This document shows positions 1-8,829 of a stretch of 32,000 bases of DNA, one piece after another (position 1 is the first letter of the stretch; each line of letters starts with the position of its first letter). The notes below the pieces were generated by a model that searched no databases, had not been told where the DNA came from, and worked only from the letters and a program-made list of their open reading frames with translations. Both the position numbers and the translations under genes were made by a program. The stretch is from Acaryochloris marina S15 (GTDB taxonomy: Bacteria; Cyanobacteriota; Cyanobacteriia; Thermosynechococcales; Thermosynechococcaceae), in NCBI RefSeq assembly GCF_018336915.1, contig NZ_CP064923.1:2160001-2192000 (forward strand), written 5' to 3'.

Positions 1-1768
1 AATCGGTCGTGAAGGGTCGGTTGAATACACCACTAATTCCCAAGCGGTTCACCCTAGGGGTATCGCCATTGGGGAGATCTACTTCAATTGGACCTTCATC
101 AAACACGAGGGGCAGGGTGAGTCGATTGAAAATGTTGATGCTGTAGGACGAATGGTGCTTATCTCCGGCAATCCAAGGATCCGTAAACCCGGCATCAAAT
201 AAGAATTCCCGGGTGCCTGCCTGGGCCTGGACGCTTAGGGTTTGGTTATTGCCCCCTAAATTACTTTGAGTAAAGGAGCCGGTACCAAAGAAACCACTTC
301 GAGAGCTAAAACCAGCACCAGCCGAGAAGCTGGCCGTGCTTCGTTCCTGTACATTTAGGTTCACCACTACTTTTCGTGGATCTTGACCCGGTTCAAGGGC
401 CACTTTGACATCTTCAAAGAGTCCCAACCCAAATATTCGCTGCAGGTCGGTTTGTAGCTTGTTTCGATTCAAGGGCAAACCCGGTCCGGTGCGCATTTCT
501 CGGGTAATGATAAATTTCCGAGTCTTGCCTTTTGTGGGTTCTCCATCTTCGTTGATGTAGCGAACGTCAATATCTTCAACGACTCCTTCAGCCACCTGGA
601 GAGTGACGGTGCCATCGGGATCGACTTGGGGAACGCCAACGACTTGACCGAGGACGAAACCTTCATCTTGATAATATTTATTGACCCGGGTGACTCCTGC
701 TTGGAGGTCCCGAAGGTTGAGGATTTTGCCGTATTGAGATTTGAAAATCTCATCCACTTTCTCTTGGGTGAGGACCTGATTGCCAGCCGCTTGCACCGAC
801 TGCAGAGTGGGGTTGGGCTGGACAAAGAAGGTGACTCTGACTCCTAGAGGAGTATCACTGGGTTCCGCTTTGACGTTACTGAAAAAGCCGGTGCCAAAAA
901 TGGCATTAATGTCGGATTGAATTTGCGATCGCGTCGTGGTTTGTCCCGGTCGCGTACTAATGGCTTCATAGGCATTAATCGCTAAATCACCATCTACCCC
1001 TTCAACCAAGACCTCTGAGACTAAAACCTCTGGTTCAGGGGCTGCTGGCGGTTCGGCGGTTTCGGTTGGGGGTTGAGGGGGGGTGCCTGGAGACTCTACA
1101 GAATTTTCTGGGGATTGAGTGGGAGCCTGGGTTTCACCAGGATTGCCACTGGGAATATCACCCCCAGGAACTGGAAGTCCAGGAGCTGGGGCTACTGGGG
1201 ATGACTCTGTAGGGGTGACATCATCAGCAGACGGTGTTTCTGTCGGCACATCTCCAGGTGCGCCTGTATCTGGGGCAGCTTCATCTGTTGCAGGCACATC
1301 TCCAGGTGCGCCTGTATCTGGAGCAGCTTCATCCGTTGCAGGCAACTCTCCGGGGACTGCAGGAGTGGCTTCTTCAGCTGCAGGGGCGTCTCCTGGTCCT
1401 ACAGGAGCGATGTCTTCGACTGTGGGGGGCTCTCCAGGGGCACCGGTATTTGGAGTAGCCTCATCTGGGGCAGACTCTACTTGTTCTTCCGGTGTAGAAG
1501 GTGCCTCAATCGCTGGGGTGGCAGGCTGATCCGGCAGGGTAAAAACCGGGGCAGTTTGGCTGGGAGTCGCATCTGTTGGCAGTTGCCCGATGGGTTGCGG
1601 TGGGGCAAAAGGTGAAGAGAGCCTGAGCTGTTCTTGGAGGCTATTGCTTTCGGAAGAGGACTGGTCTTTGGCTTGCGCTGGCGCAACCCCCAGTAGGACC
1701 GCCGTGATCACGGTTGCACCGAGAATCGGTGGAAGACTGAGAATCTTGATCGATGGAGATTGAGTCAC
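1..1768 (-). CDS. Omp85/BamA-family outer-membrane protein (cyanobacterial Toc75-like), 5' portion; 3' end lies beyond the window start
   Basis: Absent from the ORF track because it is open at the window edge. My translation of the minus strand starts at GTG 1768 (alternatives GTG 1777/1780, TTG 1786; in-frame TAA at 1816-1814). It gives a signal-like VTQSPSIKILSLPPILGATVITAVLLGVAPAQA and a ~200-aa Pro/Ala/Glu/Thr-rich region. POTRA-like sequence follows (VLVSEVLVEGVDGDLAINAYEAISTRPGQTTTRSQIQSDINAIFGTGFFSNVKAEP; LQRIFGLGLFEDVKVALEP), then the barrel start (ERSTASFSAGAGFSSRSGFFGTGSFTQSNLGGNNQTLSV). The frame is open down to position 1. Confidence 0.85.
   Translation of the reverse strand, partial: MTQSPSIKILSLPPILGATVITAVLLGVAPAQAKDQSSSESNSLQEQLRLSSPFAPPQPIGQLPTDATPSQTAPVFTLPDQPATPAIEAPSTPEEQVESAPDEATPNTGAPGEPPTVEDIAPVGPGDAPAAEEATPAVPGELPATDEAAPDTGAPGDVPATDEAAPDTGAPGDVPTETPSADDVTPTESSPVAPAPGLPVPGGDIPSGNPGETQAPTQSPENSVESPGTPPQPPTETAEPPAAPEPEVLVSEVLVEGVDGDLAINAYEAISTRPGQTTTRSQIQSDINAIFGTGFFSNVKAEPSDTPLGVRVTFFVQPNPTLQSVQAAGNQVLTQEKVDEIFKSQYGKILNLRDLQAGVTRVNKYYQDEGFVLGQVVGVPQVDPDGTVTLQVAEGVVEDIDVRYINEDGEPTKGKTRKFIITREMRTGPGLPLNRNKLQTDLQRIFGLGLFEDVKVALEPGQDPRKVVVNLNVQERSTASFSAGAGFSSRSGFFGTGSFTQSNLGGNNQTLSVQAQAGTREFLFDAGFTDPWIAGDKHHSSYSINIFNRLTLPLVFDEGPIEVDLPNGDTPRVNRLGISGVFNRPFTTD
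1247..1342 (-). repeat. 2 x 48-bp tandem direct repeat inside the Pro-rich region of the Omp85 gene (encodes PATDEAAPDTGAPGDV twice)
   Basis: Copies at 1247-1294 and 1295-1342 differ at 2 of 48 positions. More degenerate related units flank them (e.g. around 1430-1475). Confidence 0.9.
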
Positions 1769-1853
1769 TTCACACACCACATGCAACTGAACAACAATGA
1801 ACGCTGGGAATCCTTAAAAAAATCCAAAACAGGAAGTATTCTATCGCACCATG

Positions 1854-2594
1854 CTAGGGAACGTATATGTCCTGAGCTAGAACCCGCTCCATGACCCGAG
1901 CATAGGCTGTGTCCACTTCTCCTAAATCCCGTCGGAAGCGATCTTTATCCATGACCCGTCGATTGGGGTCCGACTCAGCATCGTCCCAGAGTCGACAGGT
2001 ATCGGGACTAATTTCATCCGCTAGCAACAGCTGTTGGTCCGACGTTATCCCAAATTCCAATTTGAAATCCACCAGGGTAATGCCGCATTGGTGGAAGAAA
2101 TTAATTAGGATTTGGTTGATTTGTAGGGCCAGTTGGCGCAGTTGCTCCAGCTGCTCTGGCGTTGCCAGTTCCAGTAGCAAAATGCGATCGCGGGTCAGTA
2201 ACGGATCCCCCAAGGCATCATCTTTATAATAAAAATCGACTAACGGCTGCGACAAGGGAACACCTAACTCTAGTCCTGTCTGTTGACAGAGACTCCCGGC
2301 CGCAATGTTCCGCACTACCACTTCTAAGGGCACAATTTGTACCGCTCGCATGCGCATCTGGTCTGGGTTGGGCTGATCGATGAAGTGGGTCGCAACCCCT
2401 GTCGCCTCCAGGACCTTAAAGAGGTGAGTCGCAATGGCACAATTGATGCGGCCCTTGTTGGTAATAGTGCCGCGCTTCTGAGCATTAAAGGCAGTCGCAT
2501 CATCCTTATACTGGGCTAAAAGGATATCTGGATCGTCTGTCCGATAAATAATTTTGGCTTTCCCTTCGTAGAGAACCTCGCCAGTAGACATCAC
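1854..2594 (-). CDS. purC: Phosphoribosylaminoimidazole-succinocarboxamide (SAICAR) synthase
   Basis: 246-aa ORF with typical PurC blocks: LYEGKAKIIY, YKDDATAFN, VVVRNIAAGS, LVDFKLEFG, ADEISPDTCRLWD. Confidence 0.95.
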   Translation of the reverse strand: MMSTGEVLYEGKAKIIYRTDDPDILLAQYKDDATAFNAQKRGTITNKGRINCAIATHLFKVLEATGVATHFIDQPNPDQMRMRAVQIVPLEVVVRNIAAGSLCQQTGLELGVPLSQPLVDFYYKDDALGDPLLTRDRILLLELATPEQLEQLRQLALQINQILINFFHQCGITLVDFKLEFGITSDQQLLLADEISPDTCRLWDDAESDPNRRVMDKDRFRRDLGEVDTAYARVMERVLAQDIYVP

Positions 2595-2701
2595 AGTCTC
2601 CTTTATTCAGGGATTGGGGGCAATATAGAGATGAGCTGCAAAAATTCTATGAGATTCGGGTCAAAGTCAACGCTTTGGGAGTGACACTTTCTGAAGATGG
2701 A

Positions 2702-3112
2702 TCAAGCCTCAGAGAATAAATCCAGCGGGAAATGACCATAGGTCTGATTGATGATTTCTTCTGACTCAGACTGAAAAGAGATTAGCACCCCACGATGATT
2801 CCCCACATAATCATCGGTATAGCAGCTGCCTAAGTTGGGGTTGAACTTCAGGTAAGTGGGCCCGGTAATGGGCTGCCAACTCGTCGGCATCTCATAGCTA
2901 AAGGCTTGAGTATAGGCCGTTAAGGCAGCAATGGCTTGATCGCAGGTTTCTGCCAAGATGCCGAACATTTGGTAGTCAGTGACCTGGGCTAAGGCCAATA
3001 ACGCAGTCTGGGTCTGTTCTCGCTCCTCAGTAGTGGAAATAGGTGGAGGGTCTAGGGTTGCAAATTTGGCGAGGGTTGCTTGAGATTGTTGAACGGTTGG
3101 GGAAGGAGGCAT
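2702..3112 (-). CDS. Small conserved hypothetical protein (from memory resembles cyanobacterial/plant DUF1824-type proteins; unverified)
   Basis: 136-aa ORF with neighbour-like codon usage and no overlapping alternative ORF. No catalytic motif recognised. Confidence 0.55.
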   Translation of the reverse strand: MPPSPTVQQSQATLAKFATLDPPPISTTEEREQTQTALLALAQVTDYQMFGILAETCDQAIAALTAYTQAFSYEMPTSWQPITGPTYLKFNPNLGSCYTDDYVGNHRGVLISFQSESEEIINQTYGHFPLDLFSEA

Positions 3113-3136
3113 CGCGATACTTTTACTAAAAGGAAA

Positions 3137-3955
3137 TTATGACGTTGTTTGAGGCTGGCCAATGGAAGTAACAAGGGGGACAAATTGTTCTACCCACTGG
3201 GCCTGACTGAGGGCCAAGGTAGGATAGGCAACCTGGCTATAATTTTGCCCAACGGTTAACGGAAAAATAGGGTCAGGTGCTAAGGAGAGCCATGCCCCTC
3301 CAGCGGCTTGGATAATGGGCCAAACTCCAGCAATATCCCAAATCTTGGGGGTTGCTTCTACTGCGCCAATCGTCACGCCTTGAGCAACGATTAGCAGGTT
3401 GTAACTTGCAGACCCCAGCATGCGAAGTTTGCAGGGGAATGGTTTTTTTAACACTGAAAGACTCCGGGCACAGAGACTGAAACATTGATCTCCAGAAGGT
3501 TTATCTGGACGGGTTTGGATGGGTATTTGATTGCAAAAGGCCCCGTCTTTTTGCTCTGGAGCAGACCAAAACCCATGAAAGGTTTGCCCTAAGGGGGGGA
3601 AGTGAACACAGCCAAACACTGGAACCCCTTGATAAAGCAATCCTAGGGAGGTGCCCCAAATGGGGACACCGCGAGAAAAATTAGTGGTGCCATCAATCGG
3701 ATCAATCACCCAACACCAGTCGTTGCCAGGGAAAATATGTTCTGCTTCTTCGCTCAATACCCCATGTTCTGGGAAAGCAGTCGCAATGGCCTGACGCAAA
3801 TAGTGATCGGCCCATTGGTCTGACTGCGTGACTAAGCTGCCATCGGACTTAGACGTCGCTTGAACTTTCCCATATTCAGTGAGTAAGCGTTCCCCAACTT
3901 GTTGTGTAACGGTGTGGGCAAAAGTGACAATAGAAGTCCAGAATGTTTGCATCAA
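3137..3955 (-). CDS. Inositol monophosphatase-family phosphatase (IMPase/SuhB/HisN-like)
   Basis: 272-aa ORF with the family motifs LSEEAE, WVIDPIDGTTNF and WDIAG. Substrate cannot be assigned from sequence. Confidence 0.85.
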   Translation of the reverse strand: MMQTFWTSIVTFAHTVTQQVGERLLTEYGKVQATSKSDGSLVTQSDQWADHYLRQAIATAFPEHGVLSEEAEHIFPGNDWCWVIDPIDGTTNFSRGVPIWGTSLGLLYQGVPVFGCVHFPPLGQTFHGFWSAPEQKDGAFCNQIPIQTRPDKPSGDQCFSLCARSLSVLKKPFPCKLRMLGSASYNLLIVAQGVTIGAVEATPKIWDIAGVWPIIQAAGGAWLSLAPDPIFPLTVGQNYSQVAYPTLALSQAQWVEQFVPLVTSIGQPQTTS

Positions 3956-4153
3956 TCTTCCATATGGGATGTTGACCTCTACCGTACCTTGTTTATGAAG
4001 GATAATCGAGCAACTATTTATCTCCGTTAGACGTCAAAATTTCTAAATACTGGATGACTGTATAAAAACGAGTTGATTTGCAGTGTCCAAGAGTGATTTA
4101 GTTCTTTGTCTAGAACGTTCACTGCCATTATTGGGTTTCTTCTCCATTACACT

Positions 4154-5203
4154 ATGACTTATCTTTTTCGTAGCTTATCGATTGTTGGTTTGGGATGTGC
4201 GATAGCCGGTGGCTGCCTTTCGAGCATCGCCAATCGACCGCTGCTTTCCCTGCCTGCCCTAGCCCAAGCCGCTTCTCCCCCCAGCCAATCTCAATCGGCT
4301 CAGGGCAATCCCCTCTTTCAGATTCGCCAGAATGACAAGCTGGGTTTTATCAATCGCTCAGGCAAAATTGTGGTGTCACCTCAGTATGACGATAGCCATG
4401 CTTTTTCAGAGGGGTTAGCAGTGGCTCAACTTGGCGAAAAATATGGCTATGTCAACCCTCGGGGGCAATGGGTGATTAAGCCCCAATTTGAGCTGGCAGA
4501 AGATTTTTCTGAAGGCTTAGCTGCTGCCATGATCAATGATCAGCTGGGCTATATTAATGCTTCGGGTCAATGGGTGATCAAGCCCCAATTCTTTTTGGTA
4601 GGACCGTTTTCAGAAGGAATGGCACGGGTCTTGATTGGTAAAAAGTATGGCTTTATTAACCGTCAAGGAAAAGTGGTGGTTCCGGCACAATATAATCTAG
4701 CCCACGACTTTTCCAATGGCCTCGCCAAGGTCCAGCTTAGAGGCCGGGTGGGGTTTATCAATAAATCAGGACAAACCGTTATTGCTCCCCAGTTTTATGA
4801 AGCCTCGCCGTTTCAAGAGGGGCTGGCAGCGGTGGAAACGAATCAAAAATGGCGCTATATCCAACCGAACGGCCAATTTGCCCATGTGGCCCAATTTGAT
4901 CGAGCCTGGGCATTTAGCGAGGGCTTAGGACTGGTTCGTATGGGCCTCAAATATGGCTTTATCAGTAAAACTGGGAAAATCGTGATTGCCCCTAAGTTTG
5001 ATCGGGCTGGCTCTTTTTCTGAAGGCAAGGCCTGGGTCACGGTTGGTAACAAGCAGGGCTATATCAACAAGACGGGTGCGTTTGTGATTTCACCTCGCTT
5101 TGATGAAGCCAGCAACTTCAAGCAAGGATTAGCTCTGATTAAGACAGGGGGCAAAGCAGGATATGTGAATCCATCGGGCCAAATCGTTTGGCAAAGTCCT
5201 TGA
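4154..5203 (+). CDS. WG-repeat (KWG-type) protein, secreted or lipoprotein-like
   Basis: Nine ~32-aa repeats of the form K.G(F/Y)IN..G..VI.PQF..A..FSEGLA. I prefer ATG 4154 (MTYLFRSLSIVGLGCAIAGGCLSS, signal-like) over the track's TTG 4106. Confidence 0.8.
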   Translation: MTYLFRSLSIVGLGCAIAGGCLSSIANRPLLSLPALAQAASPPSQSQSAQGNPLFQIRQNDKLGFINRSGKIVVSPQYDDSHAFSEGLAVAQLGEKYGYVNPRGQWVIKPQFELAEDFSEGLAAAMINDQLGYINASGQWVIKPQFFLVGPFSEGMARVLIGKKYGFINRQGKVVVPAQYNLAHDFSNGLAKVQLRGRVGFINKSGQTVIAPQFYEASPFQEGLAAVETNQKWRYIQPNGQFAHVAQFDRAWAFSEGLGLVRMGLKYGFISKTGKIVIAPKFDRAGSFSEGKAWVTVGNKQGYINKTGAFVISPRFDEASNFKQGLALIKTGGKAGYVNPSGQIVWQSP

Positions 5204-5231
5204 ATGCCCAGAAGGGGATTTAAATCCTGTC

Positions 5232-7028
5232 TTAGGAAAGAGGCTCTAAGCCATATAGCAAAATGATGAGTGGTGGGGTGATCAGTGCCATTAATAGACT
5301 CAAGGGGCCACCCACCCGCATAAAATCTAGAAAGCGATAGCCCCCCGTTCCGTAAACCATCGTGTTGGTTTGATAGCCAATCGGGGTCATAAAGCTGTTC
5401 GAGGCCGCAAAGGTCACGACAAACATAAAGGCAAAGGGGTTATAGCCAAGTTCCTGGGCAACTTGGACGGCCACTGGCAACAGCAAAATTACAGTGGCGT
5501 TGTTGGAGAGAATCTCAGTCAGTAGCGCCGTTAGAACAAAAAACAGGGTGAGTAGCCAATAGCCTGATAATTGTCCCCCAACTGAAATAAGTTGATCGGC
5601 TATCAGTTGGGTCGCACCAGACTTCTTCATGGCAATCCCCAAAGGGAATAAGCCAGCAAGCAAAAATACCACATCCCAACGGACGGCTCGATAGAGTTCT
5701 CCGGGTTTTAGACAGCCTGTTAAGACCATTAACATCACCCCAGCCAAGGCGGTTACGGCAATGGAGAATTGTTTGGTGCCAGCGACGCCTACGACCAGGA
5801 GACCAATTGCGATCGCAATCCACGCTTTGTCCCGTCGGAGATTTTCAACATCTCGCTGTTCCATCACCAACAACTCTTTGCTGGTCTGCAAACCCACCAA
5901 ACTTTGCTTGGGGCCTTGCACCAACAACAAGTCACCAAATCGGAGTCGAACTTTTCCTAAACGATCTCGTACTAACTCTTGTCCCCGCCGAATTGCTAAC
6001 ACTGTGCAGTTGTAGCGTTGGCGGAATCGTAAATCTTTAAGCGTTGAACCAACTAGGTTAGAATCCGCCAGTACCATGGCTTCAGCTGCCCCTTCCTCAG
6101 CACTGATATCGGCTTGCCAGGATTTTTGACCAAATTGCACATCTGGCAGAATTTCTAAGCCTTGGCCATCCCGAATTTTCAGTAAATCTTCTCGGCCCCC
6201 ACGAACCAGCAAAATATCTCCAGCTGACAGGGTTTTATCGGCAAGGGGTTGAGGGAAATGGTTGTCATCATGGATCAGTTCCAAAATGTCAACGTCATAT
6301 ATCCGCTGAATCAGACTGGAACGAACGGTTTGCCCCACCAAATTTGACTGAGGGGTAACCACGACCTCACTGACATAGTCCTTCAACCCATACCCTTGAC
6401 TCAAGCTGGAAGAGGTCTTCCGATTCGGTAGCAACCGATGGCCAATGGTGGCCATGTAAATCAGGCCCGCCGTAAATGTACATAAACTCAGAGCCGTAAA
6501 TTGAAAAATATCAAAAGAACCTAAGCCTAGATCTGACGATAAGCCGCTTGCCAAAACGCTCGTAGAGGTGCCCAGAACCGTAATCATGCCACCCAAAATC
6601 GTGATGTAGGACAGCGGAATCATTAATTTGGACACTGGAATGCGGCGTTGGCGACTCCAATCTTCGACGACGGGTAGAAAAACGGAGACAATCGCGACGT
6701 TATTGATAATGGCGGTAAAAGGGCCAATGACAGCACCCATGATCAGCATGTGTTTTGCGGGTCGTTTGCCCCCCCATTTGAGCAAAAACTCGCTGGCCAT
6801 TTGAATGGCCCCAGTCCGCGCAATCCCCGAACTGAGAATAAACATAGCCATCACCGTGATCGTGGCGGGATTGCTAAATCCAGATAATCCTTCTGTTGTG
6901 TTTACGAGTCCCAGCAACATTAGAACGACCATGACGCAGATTGCCGTCAGATCAGGGGGTAACCATTCAAAAACAAAACAGAGGAATGTTAGTCCTGTCA
7001 CCAAAAAGGTCTGAAGAATTGGCTCCAT
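5232..7028 (-). CDS. SLC13/DASS-family anion permease with two central TrkA-C (RCK-C) domains
   Basis: 598-aa ORF. Hydrophobic N- and C-terminal halves flank a ~180-aa soluble insert with two RCK-C-like units (VVVTPQSNLVGQTVRS...GDILLVRG and MVLADSNLVGSTLKDL...GDLLLVQG). Confidence 0.8.
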   Translation of the reverse strand: MEPILQTFLVTGLTFLCFVFEWLPPDLTAICVMVVLMLLGLVNTTEGLSGFSNPATITVMAMFILSSGIARTGAIQMASEFLLKWGGKRPAKHMLIMGAVIGPFTAIINNVAIVSVFLPVVEDWSRQRRIPVSKLMIPLSYITILGGMITVLGTSTSVLASGLSSDLGLGSFDIFQFTALSLCTFTAGLIYMATIGHRLLPNRKTSSSLSQGYGLKDYVSEVVVTPQSNLVGQTVRSSLIQRIYDVDILELIHDDNHFPQPLADKTLSAGDILLVRGGREDLLKIRDGQGLEILPDVQFGQKSWQADISAEEGAAEAMVLADSNLVGSTLKDLRFRQRYNCTVLAIRRGQELVRDRLGKVRLRFGDLLLVQGPKQSLVGLQTSKELLVMEQRDVENLRRDKAWIAIAIGLLVVGVAGTKQFSIAVTALAGVMLMVLTGCLKPGELYRAVRWDVVFLLAGLFPLGIAMKKSGATQLIADQLISVGGQLSGYWLLTLFFVLTALLTEILSNNATVILLLPVAVQVAQELGYNPFAFMFVVTFAASNSFMTPIGYQTNTMVYGTGGYRFLDFMRVGGPLSLLMALITPPLIILLYGLEPLS

Positions 7029-7246
7029 AGAGGGACAGTCACTCCAAAAATCGCCGTAGTTCGCTGTTTGCCATTGAACTCAACTCTTGAACTAGACCAT
7101 TCTTAAGTTAGGTTCGCAGATGTTGAGTCAGGTGAGATTATCACATACTCATTAGGATAGCTAGTACTGCGTAGGATACCAGTCAGAACATCAGATGACT
7201 AGACAACTATTTCTTAGTTCTAATGGGATAGGAATATGGATAGTTC

Positions 7247-7645
7247 TCAAAGGCTGACTGTCTCTACCAAACCTTGGACATGTCGTTTAACCTGATCACG
7301 GATAATACGGAAGACTTCAATCGATTGTCCAGCCGGATCTTCTAGCTGCCAATCCGCAAATATCGGTCGAGTCACCCAGGCTTCCGGTAGATTAACCCCA
7401 CAACCGCATAAAGAAATGACGGCCTCAAAGTCTGGGGGCTCAAATTCAGCTAAGGCATTGGAGGTGTGATTGCTAATGTCGACTCCCACCTCTTGCATCA
7501 CTTGAATGGTAAGAGGATCGACCTGGCTGGCTTCTAAGCCAGCACTCGCTACTGCAATCTTGTTACCCGCGATTGACCTTGCAAATCCTTCAGCCATATG
7601 GGAGCGACGAGAATTATGCTTACAAACAAACATGATACGTTTCAT
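7247..7645 (-). CDS. arsC: Arsenate reductase, LMW-PTPase type (Synechocystis-like Cys8/Cys80/Cys82 arrangement)
   Basis: MKRIMFVCKHNSRRSHMAEGFA carries the CX5R P-loop, and ISLCGCGVNLP carries the Cys pair. Counting from ATG 7645 puts the cysteines at 8, 80 and 82. ATG 7657 (MEEKMKRI) is an alternative start. The 158-aa track ORF extends 5' into IS630 sequence and is not credible. Confidence 0.85.
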   Translation of the reverse strand: MKRIMFVCKHNSRRSHMAEGFARSIAGNKIAVASAGLEASQVDPLTIQVMQEVGVDISNHTSNALAEFEPPDFEAVISLCGCGVNLPEAWVTRPIFADWQLEDPAGQSIEVFRIIRDQVKRHVQGLVETVSL

Positions 7646-7710
7646 CTTTTCTTCCATGAGTGGATTACTCCCTTCCCGCTGTAAAATCGAGAAGAAAGTA
7701 AATAGACGCA

Positions 7711-8244
7711 GTGAACCGAACACAAGCCTTTCGAGATAAGCCTTTTGATGTAGATGAGTGGCAGAAATTCTACAATCGCAATCAACAACAATACATTCGC
7801 CAGCGATTAACCGCTATTAAACTCTTGCATGAAGGACAGAGTCGTGCCCAAGCGAGTAAGCAAGTAGGGTGTCGCTATGACACTTTAACGTGTTGGATAG
7901 ACAAATTTCTCGACGGCGGACTGAGAGGTTTAGTCCAACCCATTCGACATCGAAAACCAAGTCGGTTGCCTCCAGAACAACAACAGCAACTCAAAGAAAT
8001 GGTGCTAACACAACACCCGACAGACTATGGCATTGATCGCAATATGTGGACGGGGGCTATTTTGTCAGTTGTAATTGAGCAACGCTTCGAGGTGCAGTTG
8101 AAAGACTCTCGTATTTATGAATTGCTCTCGGAGTTGGGGTTGTCTTACCAGCGAGCCCACCGCGACTATGCAAATGCTGATCCGCAAGCCCAGCAAGAAT
8201 GGGTAGCAGCAGTAAAAAAAACTGCAATCGCTACAACCAGGTGA
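7711..8244 (+). CDS. IS630-family transposase, N-terminal (HTH/DNA-binding) part, orfA
   Basis: 177-aa ORF with a GTG start. It contains HTH-like LLHEGQSRAQASKQVGCRYDTLTCWIDKF and a second winged-helix-like segment. It ends just after an A8 run. Confidence 0.8.
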   Translation: MNRTQAFRDKPFDVDEWQKFYNRNQQQYIRQRLTAIKLLHEGQSRAQASKQVGCRYDTLTCWIDKFLDGGLRGLVQPIRHRKPSRLPPEQQQQLKEMVLTQHPTDYGIDRNMWTGAILSVVIEQRFEVQLKDSRIYELLSELGLSYQRAHRDYANADPQAQQEWVAAVKKTAIATTR

Positions 8245-8809
8245 GCGCATCGTATTTTTTGATGAGTTTGCTGTCTCTGAGCGTCCCAATTTATTCTATG
8301 GCTGGGCAGAACGCAATACTCGTCCAGAGGTTCCGAGCAATGAGCGGGCTCGCAAGAAACTCAACGGTTTCCTTTGTGTTGATGCCCATAGTGGCGAGGA
8401 GTATTTTGGAATAAGCCCATATTCCAAAACAGAAGATGTATCAGAGTACTTTGCAGACCTATGCTCCGAATGCGTTGAATCAGGCTACACTCAACTGTGC
8501 ATTATTCTCGATAACAATCCGACTCATAAGCTCAAAATGCAGTCCCAGCTGGCTGTTCATCTAGAGCAAATGGGACTGGCCCAATCGATTCAAGTTGAGT
8601 TTTTGTATCTGCCGTCCTACTCTCCCAAGCTAAACTTGGTCGAATATGTGATTCACTTACTGAGATTGCGATTGCTGCATCATCTCCCCATTGGAACGAC
8701 ACTTCCGCAAATCAGACAACAGCTCTTTCAGTTCATTACCTCAAACCAGTTTCTATCGGCAGCACAAGTCCAAAAAACGCTTAATCATATCTTTTCACTC
8801 GCGCCCTAA
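8216..8809 (+). CDS. IS630-family transposase, DDE catalytic part, orfB (+1 frame relative to orfA, no own start codon)
   Basis: My translation of the frame containing 8216: [25 protein letters not shown]...[11 protein letters not shown]...[11 protein letters not shown], open to TAA 8807-8809. The track reports only its distal part (8537..8809). Confidence 0.75.
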   Translation, partial: KKLQSLQPGERIVFFDEFAVSERPNLFYGWAERNTRPEVPSNERARKKLNGFLCVDAHSGEEYFGISPYSKTEDVSEYFADLCSECVESGYTQLCIILDNNPTHKLKMQSQLAVHLEQMGLAQSIQVEFLYLPSYSPKLNLVEYVIHLLRLRLLHHLPIGTTLPQIRQQLFQFITSNQFLSAAQVQKTLNHIFSLAP

Positions 8810-8829
8810 TCTTATGCCGGGAAGGGAGT

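Larger units (their letters stand above)
7668..8829 (+). mobile_element. IS630-family insertion sequence (1162 bp) flanked by a TA target-site duplication
   Basis: Terminal inverted repeats are CTCCCTTCCCG at 7668-7678 and CGGGAAGGGAG at 8819-8829. TA occurs at 7666-7667 and 8830-8831. The element encodes an HTH part plus a DDE part typical of IS630/Tc1-mariner. Removing the element plus one TA restores a tight acr3-stop/arsC-start junction. Confidence 0.85.

Noticed and set aside
469-847. Track ORFs 469-825 (-) and 626-847 (+)
   Set aside because: They lie inside the Omp85 coding region in other frames and have low-complexity, basic, non-protein-like sequence.
1119-1529. 136-aa plus-strand ORF (Gly/Ser/Pro/Ala-rich) and the overlapping 1234-1458 ORF
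   Set aside because: They are antisense shadows of the repetitive Pro-rich coding region of the minus-strand Omp85 gene, whose frame is continuous and carries clear POTRA and barrel homology.
7646-7723. 5' extension of the arsC ORF to 158 aa (MFGSLRLFTFFSILQREGSNPL...)
   Set aside because: Upstream of 7667 the extension is read from the IS630 terminus, which is not native sequence. Homology-style numbering (Cys8/80/82) fits ATG 7645.
8199-8414. 71-aa plus-strand ORF within IS630
   Set aside because: It is in the wrong frame. The DDE motifs ([22 protein letters not shown]) are read in the frame that is open from 8216 to 8809.
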